Part shown: positions 47,497 through 50,612 of the stretch, in pieces | Numbering within the stretch: the first letter of the stretch is position 1 | Layout of the letters: the number at the start of each line of letters is the position of its first letter | Assembly (NCBI GenBank): GCA_039767755.1 | Contig: JBDNBT010000157.1 | Span: 1-50,612, forward strand | Origin: Sulfurovum sp. | Lineage (GTDB): Bacteria; Campylobacterota; Campylobacteria; Campylobacterales; Arcobacteraceae | DNA: 50,612 bases | Direction of reading: 5' to 3' | Notes under the pieces: generated by a model | Told to the model about the DNA's origin: nothing | Databases searched by the model: none | Seen by the model: the letters and a program-made list of their open reading frames with translations, nothing else | Translations under genes and position numbers: made by a program

Positions 47497-48759
47497 ATGA
47501 GTAAAGATCTAATAAATAAGATTCTTATCACATTAGGTTTTATATTACTTTACAGGTTACTGGCTTACGTGCCAGTTCCTGGGGTTAATATAGACGTTGT
47601 AAAAGAATTTTTTGATTCTAACGCGAACAATGCATTAGGTCTTGTAAATATGTTCAGTGGTAATGCAGTTGAAAGACTGTCTATTATTTCACTTGGAATT
47701 ATGCCTTACATTACTGCTTCAATTATTATGGAGCTTTTAGCTGCAACATTCCCCGCTCTTGGAAAGATGAAAAAAGAGAGAGACGGAATGCAAAAATATA
47801 TGCAAATCATCAGATATACTACTATTGTTATTACACTTATCCAATCTATTGGTGTGTCAATGGGTCTAAACTCATTAACAGGTCAAAGTGGTCAAGGTGC
47901 TATTTCAATTGATATGAATACATTTATATTAGTATCATCTATTTCTATGTTAACAGGTACTATGTTGTTAATGTGGATTGGTGAGCAGATAACTCAAAAA
48001 GGTATTGGTAACGGTATTTCTTTAATTATCTTTGCAGGTATTGTTTCGGCTATTCCAAGTGCAATTGGTGGAACTGTAGACTTAGTTAATAACGGTCAAA
48101 TGAACTTCTTAACTGTAGTAGTTATTTTAGCAATTATTCTAGCTACTGTTGGTGCAATTATTTATGTTGAACTAGCAGAGAGAAGAGTTCCAGTTTCTTA
48201 TTCAAGAAAAGTTATGATGCAAGCGCAAAATAAAAGAGTAATGAATTACATTCCAATCAAACTGAATTTATCTGGAGTTATTCCAGCTATTTTTGCAAGT
48301 GCTATTTTAATGTTCCCTGCAACTGTATTACAAGGTAGTCAAAATCCTATTCTTGTAACAATTGCTGATTATTTAAGCCCAAGTTCATATACATTTAACT
48401 TGTTTATGTTCTTATTTGTAGTTTTCTTTGCATTCTTTTATGCATCAATTACATTTAGTGCAAAAGATATTTCTGATAATCTTAAGAAGCAAGGTGGATT
48501 TATTCCTGGTGTAAGACCTGGGGAAAGTACAGCTTTAAGATTAAATGAAATCGCCTCGAAATTAACTTTCTGGGGAGCTATATACTTAGGTTTAGTTTCA
48601 ACTTTACCTTGGTTAGTCGTTAAAGCTATGGGTGTACCTTTCTACTTTGGAGGGGTTGCTGTTCTTATTGTTGTTCAAGTTGCTATTGATACAATGAGAA
48701 AGATTGAAGCTCAACAATATACTAATAAGTATCAAACGCTGAGTGCTGTAGGTTTATAG
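47497..48759 (+). CDS. secY: preprotein translocase subunit SecY
   Basis: 420 aa, polytopic, with LGIMPYITASIIMELL. Confidence 0.98.
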   Translation: MSKDLINKILITLGFILLYRLLAYVPVPGVNIDVVKEFFDSNANNALGLVNMFSGNAVERLSIISLGIMPYITASIIMELLAATFPALGKMKKERDGMQKYMQIIRYTTIVITLIQSIGVSMGLNSLTGQSGQGAISIDMNTFILVSSISMLTGTMLLMWIGEQITQKGIGNGISLIIFAGIVSAIPSAIGGTVDLVNNGQMNFLTVVVILAIILATVGAIIYVELAERRVPVSYSRKVMMQAQNKRVMNYIPIKLNLSGVIPAIFASAILMFPATVLQGSQNPILVTIADYLSPSSYTFNLFMFLFVVFFAFFYASITFSAKDISDNLKKQGGFIPGVRPGESTALRLNEIASKLTFWGAIYLGLVSTLPWLVVKAMGVPFYFGGVAVLIVVQVAIDTMRKIEAQQYTNKYQTLSAVGL

Positions 48760-48761
48760 AA

Positions 48762-49523
48762 ATGGCTATCGCAATTAGAAAACCAAATGAAATTGAGAAA
48801 CTTCGTGACGCAAATAGAATAGTTGCGAAGACTCTTAACTACTTAAGAGAAAATGTTAAAGCAGGAATGACTTTAAATGAAGTAAATCAAATGGGAGACG
48901 ATTTTATCGTTTCTTGTGGGGCAAGACCTTCTTTTAAAGGCCTATATGGTTTTCCTGGTTCTATTTGTACATCTTTAAATGAAGTAATTATTCATGGTAT
49001 TCCAAATGATACTATTTTAAAAGAGGGCGATATCTTAGGTTTAGATATCGGTACTGAATTAGATGGTTGGTATGGCGATGCTGCGATTACAATGCCTATT
49101 GGAAAAATATCTAAAGCAGATGAAGAATTAATTGCCTGTGCAAAAGATTCTTTATATTTTGCTATTGATATTATTAAAGAAGGTATGAGATTTAAAGAAT
49201 TATCATTAGAAATAGAAAAATTTATCAAAGGTAGAGGATATCAGCCTTTAGTTAGATTTTGTGGACACGGCATTGGTAAAAAACCACATGAAGATCCAGA
49301 AATTCCTAATTACTTAGAACATGGTCTTCCTAAGTCTGGTCCAAAAATTAAAAATGGAATGGTTTTTTGTTTAGAACCTATGATTTGTCAAAAGGGAAAA
49401 GAACCAGTTATTTTAGATAATGGTTGGGACGTAGTATCTGAAGATGGATTAAGAGGTAGTCATTACGAACATACAGTTGCTGTTGTTAACGGCAAAGCGC
49501 AGATACTTAGTACTGTAGAATAA
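48762..49523 (+). CDS. map: type I methionine aminopeptidase
   Basis: 253 aa with [28 protein letters not shown] and LEPMI. Confidence 0.96.
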   Translation: MAIAIRKPNEIEKLRDANRIVAKTLNYLRENVKAGMTLNEVNQMGDDFIVSCGARPSFKGLYGFPGSICTSLNEVIIHGIPNDTILKEGDILGLDIGTELDGWYGDAAITMPIGKISKADEELIACAKDSLYFAIDIIKEGMRFKELSLEIEKFIKGRGYQPLVRFCGHGIGKKPHEDPEIPNYLEHGLPKSGPKIKNGMVFCLEPMICQKGKEPVILDNGWDVVSEDGLRGSHYEHTVAVVNGKAQILSTVE

Positions 49524-49539
49524 TTGGGAGAAAAATCAA

Positions 49540-49758
49540 GTGGCAAAAAATGATGTTATTGTTGTAGATGGTAAAGTTATTGAAGCATTACCAAATGCAA
49601 TGTTCAGAGTTGAATTAGATAATGGTCATATTGTTTTATGTCATATCTCAGGAAAAATGAGAATGCACTATATTAAAATATTACCATCTGATAAAGTAAG
49701 AGTAGAGATTACTCCTTATTCTTTAGATAAGGGTAGAATTACTCACAGATACAAATAA
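49540..49758 (+). CDS. infA: translation initiation factor IF-1
   Basis: 72 aa with [14 protein letters not shown] and [20 protein letters not shown] start 9 nt after GGGAG. Confidence 0.96.
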   Translation: MAKNDVIVVDGKVIEALPNAMFRVELDNGHIVLCHISGKMRMHYIKILPSDKVRVEITPYSLDKGRITHRYK

Positions 49759-49770
49759 GTATCTTATTAT

Positions 49771-49800
49771 TTATTATGAAGTAGTAATACTTCATAATAA
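49771..49800 (+). terminator. intrinsic terminator ending the ribosomal cluster after infA
   Basis: 13-bp perfect stem TTATTATGAAGTA / TACTTCATAATAA with a 4-nt loop, followed by TTT. Confidence 0.65.
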
Positions 49801-49825
49801 TTTAATAAACATAAACCTTTTTTTA

Positions 49826-49833
49826 TGTACAAT
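49826..49833 (+). promoter_or_regulatory. candidate -10 region (TGTACAAT) 5 nt upstream of the UDG-like gene ATG
   Basis: Sequence is ttaTGTACAATtccatATG, with no SD. Confidence 0.4.
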
Positions 49834-49838
49834 TCCAT

Positions 49839-50501
49839 ATGACGGAATTAACTAAACAATCAATACTTAATCACTTAAACAAATTAAAAGCTTATGGCTT
49901 TAGTTATCATGAAAATGTAAATGTTAATATCAATCAAAAAATATCAAATTTTTCTTTACCAAATGATTTATTAAAAATAGAAAATCTAGTACAAAATTGC
50001 CATTTATGTCAAAATTCTAAAACTAGAAAAAATGTTTTATTCTCACAAGGTAATGCTAATGCTAACGTAATGTTTATATTTGATGAACCTTCAACAAGTG
50101 AAGATGATACTGGTAATTTTAATGAAGGTAAAAGTGGAGAAATGATTGTTAAGATGATTAATAATGTACTAAAACTCAGAGTTGAAGATGTGTATACAAC
50201 TAATTTAGTTAAATGTAAAAGTAATGATAATTTAAAGTTTAGTGATTATGAGATTTGTTCTAGTTACTTAGAAAAACAAATAGAAATTGTTAATCCTAAA
50301 ATTATTGTTTTATTTGGCGAAAGAACTTATAACTTTTTTACTAAAAATGATGACTTTTTTAAAGTCAGAGGAAAAGATTTTTATTTTGATAACAAACTTA
50401 TCATACCTACATATTCACCATCATTTTTATTAAGAAACCCCTCATACAAAAAAGACTCTTATTTAGATATTGTAAGAGTTAAGACTATAATGGAGTCATA
50501 A
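49839..50501 (+). CDS. uracil-DNA glycosylase superfamily protein, family-4-like with Fe-S cysteines
   Basis: 220 aa with CHLC...NLVKC...EIC cysteine spacing typical of family 4. The motif-A position reads FDEPSTSED and the motif-B position reads YSPSFLLRN. Confidence 0.7.
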   Translation: MTELTKQSILNHLNKLKAYGFSYHENVNVNINQKISNFSLPNDLLKIENLVQNCHLCQNSKTRKNVLFSQGNANANVMFIFDEPSTSEDDTGNFNEGKSGEMIVKMINNVLKLRVEDVYTTNLVKCKSNDNLKFSDYEICSSYLEKQIEIVNPKIIVLFGERTYNFFTKNDDFFKVRGKDFYFDNKLIIPTYSPSFLLRNPSYKKDSYLDIVRVKTIMES

Positions 50502-50502
50502 T

Positions 50503-50612
50503 TTGAAATTAATACATTTATTTATACTTTTTATATTGATATTTACTGGATGTACACAAAAAAGAGTAATTGAAATCAACTATGGTGATAAGCTCATATT
50601 AACAAAAGATAA
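50503..50612 (+). CDS. lipoprotein, N-terminal fragment (continues beyond the window)
   Basis: TTG start 7 nt after GGAG. MKLIHLFILFILIFTGC carries a lipobox (FTGC). Open to the window end. Confidence 0.6.
   Translation, partial: MKLIHLFILFILIFTGCTQKRVIEINYGDKLILTKD

Overview
AT-rich chromosomal core segment (intergenic and most coding regions are under about 30% GC). Gene content and order point to a Campylobacterota genome, most likely Arcobacter-like. Supporting traits are the pyrH-rpoZ-spoT order, a ddl-hydrolase-murF-HIT block, an S10-spc ribosomal cluster without L30 or adk, and a zinc-type S14; the taxon call is inference. Positions 1-11300 are a long minus-strand housekeeping array: spoT (partial), rpoZ, pyrH, a P-loop ATPase, pdxA, pdxJ, trpE, a SPOR protein, glyA, lysS and cvpA. 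Positions 11380-22700 are mixed housekeeping genes (ispG, dnaB, apt, trpB, DedA, pepA, ychF, recO, ppnP), plus a pseudopilin-like gene convergent with a secreted ATP-dependent DNA ligase and a tandem NosL-like protein. Positions 22850-30240 are the only clearly accessory-looking block and the most interesting finding. It is a tightly packed locus that reads as glucosylglycerate synthesis plus phosphorolytic recycling: MPGP-family phosphatase, MOFRL glycerate kinase, GpgS-like glycosyltransferase, GH13_18 phosphorylase, GalU and Zwf. Positions 30300-32420 hold small miscellaneous genes: yaiI, a 5'-truncated LysE remnant, a minimal K+ channel coupled to an 82-aa membrane-anchored ORF, and a 1Fe superoxide reductase. 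Positions 32565-38950 carry thiL, truD, ruvA, ddl, a hydrolase, murF (with a membrane N-terminus) and a HIT protein. Positions 39050-49800 are the S10-spc-secY-map-infA cluster behind a consensus promoter, followed by a family-4-like UDG and a partial lipoprotein gene. I found no tRNA, rRNA, CRISPR array, IS element or integrase. Several genes use TTG or GTG starts behind good Shine-Dalgarno sequences. Four genes have no Shine-Dalgarno sequence but carry a -10 box 5-6 nt upstream of the ATG, making them candidate leaderless mRNAs. All calls rest on reading the translations and sequence by eye; no searches were run.
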